Of a stretch of 64,000 nt of DNA, positions 1 through 9,078 are shown piece by piece (within the stretch, counting starts at the first letter, position 1; the number at the start of each line of letters is the position of its first letter). Location of the stretch: positions 42,488-106,487 of the forward strand of contig JAZNJJ010000025.1 of the NCBI GenBank assembly GCA_045577985.1, given 5' to 3'. The notes under the pieces were generated by a model. The model saw nothing but the letters and a program-made list of their open reading frames with translations. It made no database searches and was not told the DNA's origin. This DNA comes from Alphaproteobacteria bacterium. Its GTDB lineage: Bacteria; Pseudomonadota; Alphaproteobacteria; RF32; CAG-239. The position numbers were made by a program, and so were the translations under genes.

Positions 1-187
1 AAACTACATCTCGTTTTTGCCATGTAAGATAATTACATGCTGATTTTAAGGCTGATTCATTTTTTGCATATACAAAATAATTGTTCTTATGTTTTATGTA
101 CATATAACCACATTCTTCCGGAGAATATTCAAACATCTCATGGAGCAAAAATGTTTTGCGAGCAATTTTTAATAAGTCTTTATTCAT
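1..187 (-). CDS. hypothetical protein, truncated at window edge
   Basis: Open frame from ATG at 187 (MNKDLLKIARKTFLLHEMFEYSPEECGYMY...) running off the left edge with no stop. Confidence 0.55.
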   Translation of the reverse strand, partial: MNKDLLKIARKTFLLHEMFEYSPEECGYMYIKHKNNYFVYAKNESALKSACNYLTWQKRDVV

Positions 188-378
188 AATAATATATTTT
201 TTAGTTTATAATAATTAAAATTTCTTAGGTAGTTTAGGATAAATAAATATATTTCGCAAGAATAATTTATTATAAAAAATGTTTAAGTAGTACAGGCAAT
301 TTGTTAATAAAACTTTTGTTGAAAAAATATGAAAAATATGGTATAATCATGTTCCAATGTTTAATTAGGGGTGAAGAT

Positions 379-561
379 ATGAATAGTATGAAAAGAGTCC
401 TGAAAAAAATTGGATTTCAGTTAGGTAAAATTATCAGAATATTTTTCTATAAGAGATATTTCTTGTATGAAGAACGTGAAAAAACGATTAAAGAATTTAC
501 CAAAGAGGCTGTCAAAATAGATGCAGAGTTTGCAAAAAAAAGGAGAGAACTTCAAAAATAA
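379..561 (+). CDS. small basic hypothetical protein
   Basis: ORF 301..561; ATG at 379 follows GGGGTG SD-like sequence; hairpin between it and the convergent gene. Confidence 0.45.
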   Translation: MNSMKRVLKKIGFQLGKIIRIFFYKRYFLYEEREKTIKEFTKEAVKIDAEFAKKRRELQK

Positions 562-595
562 ATTCTCTCCGCTAAATTTCGAAAGTTGGGAGTTT

Positions 596-967
596 TTAAA
601 ATTTTTTATTTAGATAATCTCCCGGCATTGCGATGCCTCTGAGCGCTGCAATTTTGGCGGCAACACTTTTTTTTCTTTCTTCAAAAGGTACATTTGTTGC
701 GTGTTGGTTATTGTGTATTTTTTCCGTTAATTCTGTGATTTTTGTATTAGATACTGTTGCTTCTGAATTAAATGCTTCTTCTATATTAAATTCTTTATCT
801 GTAGATGTTTGCATATTAAATGCATCTTCTAAAGATGTGTCATCAGAAATAAAGTCTTCACTGAGAAATACATTATCACCCATTAAGTAATTAAGTTTGT
901 TTTGAACTGCCTCTGACATTGGAATAAATTGGGATCGAAGCGTTTGTTTTAATTCAGTTTTATCCAT
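596..967 (-). CDS. hypothetical protein
   Basis: 123-aa ORF overlapping the upstream TerB-like gene by 8 bp; acidic middle with duplicated (L/I)E(D/E)AFN. Confidence 0.7.
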   Translation of the reverse strand: MDKTELKQTLRSQFIPMSEAVQNKLNYLMGDNVFLSEDFISDDTSLEDAFNMQTSTDKEFNIEEAFNSEATVSNTKITELTEKIHNNQHATNVPFEERKKSVAAKIAALRGIAMPGDYLNKKF

Positions 968-1391
968 TGTCTTTTTCCATGATTATTTGTCCGGTTTTAT
1001 TTAGTATTAAGCTATCTAACACCCAACGATTAATAAGTATTACTTTTTCATCTTCTACGCCCATTGCTCTTGCAACATCAATTATAATGTCGAGTTCTGT
1101 ATCTTCTAGACCTTCATCAATATTGGCTAAGACACACAGTTCTTTAACTAATTCCAAAGCGTGTTGTCTATTTTTTATTTTATGTGCTTCAGAGATATAG
1201 TCTATTGTCGATGCAGATTTAATTATTTCAACAACACGGTTATTATCTATTCCATATCTGGAAGCTATCATTTTTAAAAAATTTATTTCTTCTGAATCTA
1301 CGCTTCCATCGGCTTTTATAACCTTGCAAAATATCTTTAAGAAAACTAGTTTTTCTTCATAATCCATTGATTGAATATATAATTCGTCCAT
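960..1391 (-). CDS. TerB/DjlA-N-like (tellurite resistance TerB family) protein
   Basis: Twofold motif KADGSVDSEEINFL / NIDEGLEDTELDII typical of the TerB fold; GAGGAG RBS. Confidence 0.75.
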   Translation of the reverse strand: MDELYIQSMDYEEKLVFLKIFCKVIKADGSVDSEEINFLKMIASRYGIDNNRVVEIIKSASTIDYISEAHKIKNRQHALELVKELCVLANIDEGLEDTELDIIIDVARAMGVEDEKVILINRWVLDSLILNKTGQIIMEKDNG

Positions 1392-1444
1392 TTTAATCTC
1401 CTCATATAGTATGATATATTATAATACTTAATTTAAATTTAATT

Positions 1445-2872
1445 TTAATTAAGGTTATTAGTTTTATTTTTGAGTTGATATAATGTATTATATTTTGCGT
1501 TTTCATAAAATTCTGATAAAATTTCAGGTTTTATATCGTATACATTTGTAGCTTTATAATTTTGTTTTAAATTATCTTCAAAATAAATAAACTTTGGTTT
1601 TTTTTCTACAATTATTTTATTAATATCATATGGTTCTTTATAATGGAATAATTTTTCATCTATTTTACCTATATATGTCCATGAAAACCAATAATAATGA
1701 GGATTTTGGTTAAATAATCCTAATGGCATATTCGTTGTTGCAAGCACAATGTCATCAGAATTTGAATTTTTTGCAATATCAGTGGCTATACCAACTATCG
1801 TTAATGAATTTATCTCTCCGACATCTTCGAAAATCCAAAATTTTCCACACCATATTATACCTAATGTTAAAAACAAATATCCTAGATACTTATATTTTTG
1901 ATAGATAGTGATGATGGCTATGGATATGATTATTGCATTATATAACAATAGTATTTTGAAATAATATAAACCAATTGATATATAGGTTGTTCTTAGTAGT
2001 AATTCGGTGATGTACATTGTGAACAAAATAATTGTATATTTGTTTGGTTTGTTTATCAATAAAAATAATGCACTAATAAAACCGCATATTAGTATTGAGT
2101 ATAAGCTACTGAAGTTTGTTATACTGTTTGCTTTTATTTCATCATATATAGCAGAATTTACGACCCAATTTAATTCGTAATATCGTTGTAAATTGCCAAG
2201 TATTAGCATGTGTCCAAAAAATAATGATAGAGTTACAAAAGGTAATATTAGTGAGAGAGCAATGTTCTTCCATGTTATTTCTTTTTTATATATGTAATAT
2301 ATTATGCATATTGAGAGAGGAAGTGCTAGGAATATTACTGTTTGTAGAAAACAAAAAGCAATGGTAAATGAAAGCATGGAAATATTTAATTGATGCTGTT
2401 TTTTGTTTTTTAAGAAAGAAAATAAAAAATATATTCCTATCCAAAAAAATAATTGCATAAATGCATCGGGCTTAAATTGAACCATAGAACTCATAGCTGT
2501 GCTACTAAAGCAATATATATTGATTGCCGTGAGGGCTGTTAATTTATTTGATATAAAGTTTTTTATTATGTTATATACTACATAGAGACTTATTAATGAA
2601 CATATAGATACTATGATGCGGTTTATGAAAAAAATGAAAGTGTTTCCTGAGAAAAAACCAACTATTGGTGAAAATATATACCACATTAAAGGGTGATGAT
2701 GTTCAAAAAAATCAGAGTAAGGTATTTGTCCTTGCCATATTAACCAGGAAGCGTGGATATGTTCCAAGTCATCTGCCATAGCTTTGCTACCGATGAATAT
2801 TGTAATAAAAAGGTATATACAGTTTATAATAGTGAAAAATATGAGTGTTTTCAACAGGGTGTTTTCTTTCAT
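1445..2872 (-). CDS. multi-pass membrane glycosyltransferase (GT-C/ArnT-like)
   Basis: DDLEH..ASW....G..PY.DFFEHHHPL motif, many TM segments; start moved to MKENT behind AAGGAG. Confidence 0.7.
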   Translation of the reverse strand: MKENTLLKTLIFFTIINCIYLFITIFIGSKAMADDLEHIHASWLIWQGQIPYSDFFEHHHPLMWYIFSPIVGFFSGNTFIFFINRIIVSICSLISLYVVYNIIKNFISNKLTALTAINIYCFSSTAMSSMVQFKPDAFMQLFFWIGIYFLFSFLKNKKQHQLNISMLSFTIAFCFLQTVIFLALPLSICIIYYIYKKEITWKNIALSLILPFVTLSLFFGHMLILGNLQRYYELNWVVNSAIYDEIKANSITNFSSLYSILICGFISALFLLINKPNKYTIILFTMYITELLLRTTYISIGLYYFKILLLYNAIIISIAIITIYQKYKYLGYLFLTLGIIWCGKFWIFEDVGEINSLTIVGIATDIAKNSNSDDIVLATTNMPLGLFNQNPHYYWFSWTYIGKIDEKLFHYKEPYDINKIIVEKKPKFIYFEDNLKQNYKATNVYDIKPEILSEFYENAKYNTLYQLKNKTNNLN

Positions 2873-3032
2873 TTTTATCTCCTTTGTTCTTGATAATACT
2901 GAAAAAAAATATCCTTTCAAGTTAAATTTATGAAAATTTGTAATAATATAAAAAAATATTTTTTTCATAACTTGACTTTCTAAATAAATTTGTTATCTTT
3001 TCTCCATCGTTTAATTATTTATATGTATTTTT

Positions 3033-3473
3033 ATGAAGACAATCATTAATACTTCACTACCGATAGTGTATATCTGTAGTGGAAAAGTAGAGGTCCTTCC
3101 TTTTTTGGATTTGTCCATGAAAGCGAATGTGTGGGGTGTACATGTAGCAGGTTTGTATTTTAAGAGAACTTGCGAGAACAAGGGTAATTGGTATTATGCG
3201 CGCGATATTATAGCCAATGCCGTTCGTGAAGGAGTTGTTCTTCCTAGTTGTGTACAGTTTCAAGATGCGTTTAAGAAAAAAGATGCTTTTAATGAAACCG
3301 TTGATATTCTGATAAAAAACGGTGTCAATGCAAATTATTTAGAAGGAGAATATTGGACCGCTAATGTAAAAGGTGATGATCATGCGTATATTGTACGTAT
3401 GAGTGATGGTCTTGAATTTGCTTACGCTAAGTTTTGTAGTAGCGCTAAAATTCGTTTAGCTTTAAGTGAATAA
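3033..3473 (+). CDS. hypothetical protein, paralog of 17355..17969; DUF1566/C-type-lectin-like C-terminus
   Basis: 146-aa ORF with own promoter and terminator; LPS...YWT......AYIVRMSDG...K....IRL pattern. Confidence 0.7.
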   Translation: MKTIINTSLPIVYICSGKVEVLPFLDLSMKANVWGVHVAGLYFKRTCENKGNWYYARDIIANAVREGVVLPSCVQFQDAFKKKDAFNETVDILIKNGVNANYLEGEYWTANVKGDDHAYIVRMSDGLEFAYAKFCSSAKIRLALSE

Positions 3474-3481
3474 TTCAATTT

Positions 3482-3517
3482 AAAACCTCCGGAAAGTTGT
3501 ACTTTCGGAGGTTTTTT
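3482..3517 (+). terminator. intrinsic terminator
   Basis: AAAACCTCCGGAAAGT..ACTTTCGGAGGTTTTTT hairpin plus U-tract after the stop codon. Confidence 0.8.
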
Positions 3518-3601
3518 GTGTAAATTGGTTTTAAACAAAGCTAAAAAATACTTGATTTTATTTTTATTTAACATATAATAATATCAATAACTGAATTTAT
3601 G

Positions 3602-3639
3602 TGGCTGTGAAATAATTATTTTGCAGTCAGATTTTTTTT
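3602..3639 (+). promoter_or_regulatory. terminator-like hairpin in greA 5' leader (possible attenuator)
   Basis: Stem TGGCTGTGAAAT/ATTTTGCAGTCA followed by T8, between a TTGATT-N16-TATAAT promoter (3552-3579) and greA. Confidence 0.5.
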
Positions 3640-3696
3640 AATTTTAAAATGTCCTATATTTTGTAGGTATTTTTTTATTTAATTAAGGAGGAAAAA

Positions 3697-4170
3697 ATGG
3701 AAAAATTCCCATTAACTAAAATAGGGTATGAGTTATTGGAACAAGAATTGAAGAATCGTAAAGGAATAGAGCGTCCTAATATTATTGCAGAAATTGCAGA
3801 AGCTCGTGCTAAGGGGGATTTATCAGAAAATGCTGAGTATTCTGCAGCAAAGGAAAAACAGAGTTTTAATGAAGGACGAATTCAAGAATTAGAGGCCGTA
3901 ATTAGTAGAGCTCAAATAATTGATCCTACAAAAATGAGTGGGGATATTGTGCGTTTTGGAGCTACAGTTTTAGTTGCTAATACAGATACAGATGAAGAAA
4001 GTGAATATCAAATTGTTGGTGATTATGAAGCGGATATTGAAAAACATAAGATTTCCTTATCTTCTCCTTTAGCAAAAGCTTTAATTGGTAAAGAAATTGG
4101 TGATGTTGCCGAATATTTAGCTCCTAATGGTAAAAAATCTTATGAAATTTTGGAAGTAAGTTGGAAGTAA
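3697..4170 (+). CDS. greA: transcription elongation factor GreA
   Basis: ARAKGDLSENAEYSAAKE, ISLSSPLAKALIGK. Confidence 0.97.
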   Translation: MEKFPLTKIGYELLEQELKNRKGIERPNIIAEIAEARAKGDLSENAEYSAAKEKQSFNEGRIQELEAVISRAQIIDPTKMSGDIVRFGATVLVANTDTDEESEYQIVGDYEADIEKHKISLSSPLAKALIGKEIGDVAEYLAPNGKKSYEILEVSWK

Positions 4171-4247
4171 GTACTTTAAACTTCTTATTTAATAGTTATA
4201 TAAAAACCGAAGTTTTAAACTTCGGTTTTTATATATATGGAGGAAGT

Positions 4248-4991
4248 ATGAATACAACGAAAGAGTGGTTTTATGATTATGAGAATAAATGCGATTGTTC
4301 AGATGATGATCGTTGTGGTTGTACATATCCTAATAATATGAAAAGAAATTATAGTTATCATGATATAAATGTTAAACAAAATAATAGAATTCCTTATCAA
4401 AATAGAGTTTATGTAGGTGGAGTTGCTCCTGATTTTTCAGCTATGGCAATTATGCCTGATATGAGTGTAAATAAAAACTTTTGTTTCTTTAATTTTATTG
4501 ATTGTAAGTATGCTATTTTGTTTTTTTATCCGGCTGATTTTTCAAAAGTATGTCCTACTGAAATTATTGCTCTAAATAGAATGTATAAGGAATTTTGTAA
4601 ACGTAATGTAAAAGTTGTTGCAATCAGTGTAGATTCAATTTATTCCCATGTAGCTTGGAGAAAAATGGCAATATCTGATGGTGGAATTGGTGATATTAAT
4701 TTCCCATTGGTTTCGGATATAAATAAGGAGATAAGCTTTGATTATGGAGTTTTAACTCCTGATGGTGTTTCTCAAAGAGCAACGTTTATAATTGATGATA
4801 AATATGTTATTAGACATATATTGATAAATGACGTGCAGGTTAGACGCGAAGTATCTGAAACTCTTAAGATTATAGATGTTTTGCAGGCGGTAGATAAAAA
4901 TAATTCTGTTTGTATGGCTAATTGGTCTAATAATCAAAGTAATTTTTTTGTCAGTGCAGAAGGACAAGCTGAATATTTAAATCAGGATTAA
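4248..4991 (+). CDS. 2-Cys peroxiredoxin (AhpC/TSA) with Cys-rich N-terminal extension
   Basis: FFYPADFSKVCPTE peroxidatic motif, SVDSIYSH.AW, RATFIID, C-terminal VCMANW; GGAGG RBS before ATG 4248. Confidence 0.85.
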   Translation: MNTTKEWFYDYENKCDCSDDDRCGCTYPNNMKRNYSYHDINVKQNNRIPYQNRVYVGGVAPDFSAMAIMPDMSVNKNFCFFNFIDCKYAILFFYPADFSKVCPTEIIALNRMYKEFCKRNVKVVAISVDSIYSHVAWRKMAISDGGIGDINFPLVSDINKEISFDYGVLTPDGVSQRATFIIDDKYVIRHILINDVQVRREVSETLKIIDVLQAVDKNNSVCMANWSNNQSNFFVSAEGQAEYLNQD

Positions 4992-5074
4992 TTATAATAT
5001 TGTTAGTTTTTTTATATAAATTGTTTCTTTCCTCTTTTGTATTTGGTATAAAGTAACAAGAGGGGATTTTTTTT

Positions 5075-5794
5075 ATGACTATATATATTTTTGATATGGA
5101 TGGAACTTTAACTAAACCCAGACTTTCTATGGAATTGGATTTTGCTGAAAAATTTGTTCCGTGGTTGAATGAAAATATTGCATATATTGCTACGGGATCG
5201 AATTTAGCAAAGGTGGAAGAACAGATTGGTGATGTTGTAATGAATGCCTTTGAAGGTATTTATTGCTCAATGGGAAATGAGCTTTGGGTTAAAGGTTCTT
5301 ATGTTTATCAAAATGATTTTGTTTTAGATGCAGAATTATTGCATTTACTTGAGGAATTTCGCAAAAATACATTATATCCTTATTCACTTTATGATAACTA
5401 TATTGAAAAACGTGTAGGTATGGTTAATTTTAGTGTTTTGGGGCGAAATTGTCCGTATGAAGAGAGATTGAGATATCAAGCTTGGGATGCTGAATATAAA
5501 GAACGTGAGAAAATAAGAGAAGTATTGCAGCACAAGTTTCCTCAATATGAGTTTTGTGTTGGTGGATCTATATCTATGGATATAATTGCAAAAGGTTGTA
5601 GTAAAGCTCAGATAGCTAAAAAACTTAGAGATAAGTATATTAATGATAAAATTATATTTTTTGGAGATAAGACATTTAAAGGTGGAAATGATTATGAACT
5701 GGCTTCAGGATTAAAAATGTTAGACAATACGGAGGTTGTTCAAGTTAGTGGACCGCAAAATGTTTTAGAATATTTAAATTTGGTAGAAAAATAA
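5075..5794 (+). CDS. HAD-IIB hydrolase, eukaryote-type phosphomannomutase-like
   Basis: FDMDGTLT.PR, IEKRVGMVNFSVLGRNC..EER, GGSISMDI, FFGDKTFKGGNDYE. Confidence 0.85.
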   Translation: MTIYIFDMDGTLTKPRLSMELDFAEKFVPWLNENIAYIATGSNLAKVEEQIGDVVMNAFEGIYCSMGNELWVKGSYVYQNDFVLDAELLHLLEEFRKNTLYPYSLYDNYIEKRVGMVNFSVLGRNCPYEERLRYQAWDAEYKEREKIREVLQHKFPQYEFCVGGSISMDIIAKGCSKAQIAKKLRDKYINDKIIFFGDKTFKGGNDYELASGLKMLDNTEVVQVSGPQNVLEYLNLVEK

Positions 5795-6366
5795 TGACAA
5801 TCGTATCAATATGGTGCAGACATAAAGATGATAATATAATAGGAATAGGAGAGAATATTCCTTGGCATATTCCTTCTGATTTTAAACGTTTTAGAAATTT
5901 AACGATGAAGCAAACATTAGTTGTTGGAAAGAAAACTTATGAAAGTTTTCCTAATAAAACGTTGCCAAATCGTAAAATTATTGTAGTAACAAGAAATTCA
6001 AACTATGAAGTATCCGATGAGGATAATCATAAAGTCGTTACGGACATAAAAGAATTCAAAGATTTTTTGGGAGATTTGTATATAGCAGGCGGAGCCTCAA
6101 TATATGAAGCTTTTTTTAGTGAAAGTAAATTAATGCCTGATATCGTAGTTGATTGTGTTTATGAAGGTGAAATCTCCGCAGAGATAAAAGGAGAGGCGAT
6201 AACTGTTAGTAAGTGTGTTGATGTTTTACAAAATAAGTATTTTAAATTGTCTCAAGTGTTTGTATTAGATAACGTTGTTACGAATATTTGGCTGAAAAAA
6301 GGAGATTTTGTTGAACAATCTATAGTAAAAAAGATTCTCAATTATTTAGAAACGGAAGGAAAGTAA
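5794..6366 (+). CDS. folA: dihydrofolate reductase
   Basis: IG...[22 protein letters not shown]...[12 protein letters not shown]; adjacent to thyA. Confidence 0.9.
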   Translation: MTIVSIWCRHKDDNIIGIGENIPWHIPSDFKRFRNLTMKQTLVVGKKTYESFPNKTLPNRKIIVVTRNSNYEVSDEDNHKVVTDIKEFKDFLGDLYIAGGASIYEAFFSESKLMPDIVVDCVYEGEISAEIKGEAITVSKCVDVLQNKYFKLSQVFVLDNVVTNIWLKKGDFVEQSIVKKILNYLETEGK

Positions 6367-6368
6367 AT

Positions 6369-7154
6369 ATGCAGCAATATCTTGATTTATTAAAGGATAT
6401 AATGGAAAATGGTTCAGATAAAATGGATCGAACAGGTGTTGGAACTCGTTCTGTTTTTGGGCGACAGATGCGTTTTGATTTAAGTAAGGGATTTCCTCTT
6501 GTTACAACAAAAAAGGTTCATTTAAAGAGCATTATTTATGAACTTCTGTGGTTTTTAAAAGGTGAAACAAATATCAAATATTTAAAAGAAAATGGTGTGC
6601 GCATTTGGAATGAATGGGCAGATGAAAATGGCGAACTGGGTCCTGTTTATGGTTCGCAATGGAGGAATTGGAACGGAGAAGGTATAGATCAGATTGCTGA
6701 TGTGATTGAAAGATTAAAGAAAAATCCAAATGATAGAAGAATGATAGTATCTGCTTGGAATGTCGGAAAAATTGCAGAGATGCATCTGCCTCCATGTCAT
6801 ATGATGTTTCAATTTTATGTAGCAAACAATAAGTTGAGCTGTATGTTATATCAACGCAGTTGCGATATGTTTTTGGGGGTGCCTTTTAATATTGCTTCTT
6901 ATGCTCTTTTAACAATGATGGTCGCTCAAGTATGTGGTTATGAGGTAGGTGAATTTGTTCACACTTTGGGGGATACTCATATTTATCATAATCATTTTGA
7001 ACAAGTAAAAGAACAATTGTCTCATACTCCGTATCCATTACCAGTAATGAAAATAAATCCAAATGTAAAAGATATTAATGAATTTAAATATGAAGATTTT
7101 GAATTAGTTGATTATCAATCTTATGGTACTATAAAAGCACAAGTTGCTGTTTAA
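6369..7154 (+). CDS. thyA: thymidylate synthase
   Basis: [30 protein letters not shown]. Confidence 0.98.
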   Translation: MQQYLDLLKDIMENGSDKMDRTGVGTRSVFGRQMRFDLSKGFPLVTTKKVHLKSIIYELLWFLKGETNIKYLKENGVRIWNEWADENGELGPVYGSQWRNWNGEGIDQIADVIERLKKNPNDRRMIVSAWNVGKIAEMHLPPCHMMFQFYVANNKLSCMLYQRSCDMFLGVPFNIASYALLTMMVAQVCGYEVGEFVHTLGDTHIYHNHFEQVKEQLSHTPYPLPVMKINPNVKDINEFKYEDFELVDYQSYGTIKAQVAV

Positions 7155-7164
7155 GTAGTTATAA

Positions 7165-7197
7165 TAAAAGAAAGCCCCTTTTAGGGGCTTTCTTTTA
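7165..7197. terminator. bidirectional intrinsic terminator
   Basis: TAAAAGAAAGCCCC TTTTA GGGGCTTTCTTTTA between convergent genes. Confidence 0.85.
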
Positions 7198-8139
7198 TTT
7201 CTTTATATATTCTTTGATTTTAATTATAGAAGATATTGGTAATTTTTTTATATCGGTATGTATATTATCGACATAGGTAGGATATCCCATATAATCACCG
7301 TATGTAGTTGTCAATAATGTATCTTCATCATTTGGACAAGAGAATGTATGCCCGCAAAATTTAATGGTCTTTAATGGAAAAATTGTTTCATAATCTATGA
7401 AAAAGCAGTATTTAGGACCATGCATGAAATCGCAACTTGGAAAAATTGCAGGTTTATCTTCTTCTTTAGCAGAAGGTTTGTTTTCTAGTATTTTTTCGAA
7501 ATGAACTTTTCTAAGTCTTTGATGAAAATCTTCTAAATTTTGTTTTTTGTAAGGTATTCTGTTTTTAACTGTTTTCTTGCGAACCTCTTGTGTTAATTTG
7601 ATTTTTTCTTCCCATGTTGGTACTTTTCTTGTGTAAAGTTCGTAAGGAAAGATGTCTATAAATAGTTCGGGAATTTCCTTGTGACGCATTTTTACCATAT
7701 TAGAAGAACCATTAGAGCCTGAAAAGTAGGTCAAGTGTATTGGAGAAGTAGGATTTTCTCTATTAAATAACTCAATCATCTTATCATAATCAGATCTGAG
7801 CATTCCAATGTCTATATCATCATCCCAAGGAATGTAATCTTTGTGTCTTACTGCACCTAGTAGTGTTCCATAAACAAGCCAGTAACGGATATTATGTTTG
7901 CGACAAAATTTATCTACTTCTAGTAATATTTTTAAATTTGCTAATTGTAACTCTCTTCTTATGCCTTTAGCTGGAGGTAATGTTGTTATATCAGGAAGTA
8001 GGCAATAATCCAATTTATTTATACGTTTTAAATTTTCATAAGTTATATCTTTTGTTGACGGAGTTGTTCTCCATATAGGTAGACCACAAAAGAAATAAGT
8101 TGTTTTATGGGGTTTTATTTTTTTCTTAAAAATACTCAT
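7195..8139 (-). CDS. LicD-family phosphotransferase
   Basis: YWLVYGTLLGAVRHKDYIPWDDDIDIGMLR, FIDIFP, YGDYM. Confidence 0.9.
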   Translation of the reverse strand: MSIFKKKIKPHKTTYFFCGLPIWRTTPSTKDITYENLKRINKLDYCLLPDITTLPPAKGIRRELQLANLKILLEVDKFCRKHNIRYWLVYGTLLGAVRHKDYIPWDDDIDIGMLRSDYDKMIELFNRENPTSPIHLTYFSGSNGSSNMVKMRHKEIPELFIDIFPYELYTRKVPTWEEKIKLTQEVRKKTVKNRIPYKKQNLEDFHQRLRKVHFEKILENKPSAKEEDKPAIFPSCDFMHGPKYCFFIDYETIFPLKTIKFCGHTFSCPNDEDTLLTTTYGDYMGYPTYVDNIHTDIKKLPISSIIKIKEYIKK

Positions 8140-8157
8140 AAGTAATCCCTTTTATAA

Positions 8158-9078
8158 TTATTTTAATTTATTGTCTTTTTTTCCTATACCAAAGTTCATA
8201 CCTATAATGTTTAGTATGTAGTATCTTTGATGTGTCGGATCTTTAGCGAAATAGAATATTTTAGATAAGAATCGCTTAAATTTGAACAATTTTAATTGTT
8301 TCTTTGTTTTCCGATAAGGAGTTAATTGAGAATATTTTAACCACTCATTTTTTTGCGGATGACGGCAATAAATACGCCATGGTTTTTTTACAAATCCAGT
8401 ATAGTGTATGATTGTCGGATTTCTAAAATTTTTTACAAACGATGGTACATTATATTTCTGTTCAAGAAACTTTATTTTCGTATCCCATAATCCATTTAGA
8501 ATATCTTGGTCATGAGATACTATTTTATCTTTATTTTTTGAATAATATTTTGCTGCTTTTTGTAGTAAGTCATAATTTTTTAGTTCTTTCAAATTTATGA
8601 GTAACATACCGGCATTAAAATATTGTTGACTTTTTAATTGTAGATTTTTAGCTTGAAAGGCACCTTTTTCTTCAACAGCACCAGCGTAAAAATTCTGAAG
8701 ATCTGTAGAAAATAGTTCATCTAAAGCTTCTGTTACGATCATGTCTCCGTCTAAATAAAGAATTTTATCTGTATCAGAAGGGGCAAAATCAAGTATCTTA
8801 AAACGATACAAAGAACCCAAAGACATGTAGCCGAAATCCATCTCTTTGTATTGTTCAAAATCGTCAGGTGAAATTGTATGCAATATTATTTCACATGATT
8901 TTATCTGTTTTAGTTTTTGTAATGTATTGATATCTTCTTCATTTATATCATCGCTGATAATGTGAAATATGATAGATGTTCCTGCATTGGAATTTGCTAA
9001 AACAGATGCCATGGTTGCAGATGTACAAGGAAGGTATTTTTTATCTGCACAAAAATAGATGTGTTGAATATTATTCAC
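8158..9078 (-). CDS. glycosyltransferase family 8
   Basis: ILYLDGD, YFNAGMLLINL, HDQDILN, IIHYTG..KPW. Confidence 0.92.
   Translation of the reverse strand: MNNIQHIYFCADKKYLPCTSATMASVLANSNAGTSIIFHIISDDINEEDINTLQKLKQIKSCEIILHTISPDDFEQYKEMDFGYMSLGSLYRFKILDFAPSDTDKILYLDGDMIVTEALDELFSTDLQNFYAGAVEEKGAFQAKNLQLKSQQYFNAGMLLINLKELKNYDLLQKAAKYYSKNKDKIVSHDQDILNGLWDTKIKFLEQKYNVPSFVKNFRNPTIIHYTGFVKKPWRIYCRHPQKNEWLKYSQLTPYRKTKKQLKLFKFKRFLSKIFYFAKDPTHQRYYILNIIGMNFGIGKKDNKLK

Noticed and set aside
4161-4247. Peroxiredoxin start at 4161
   Set aside because: It spans the greA terminator hairpin; GGAGG precedes ATG 4248
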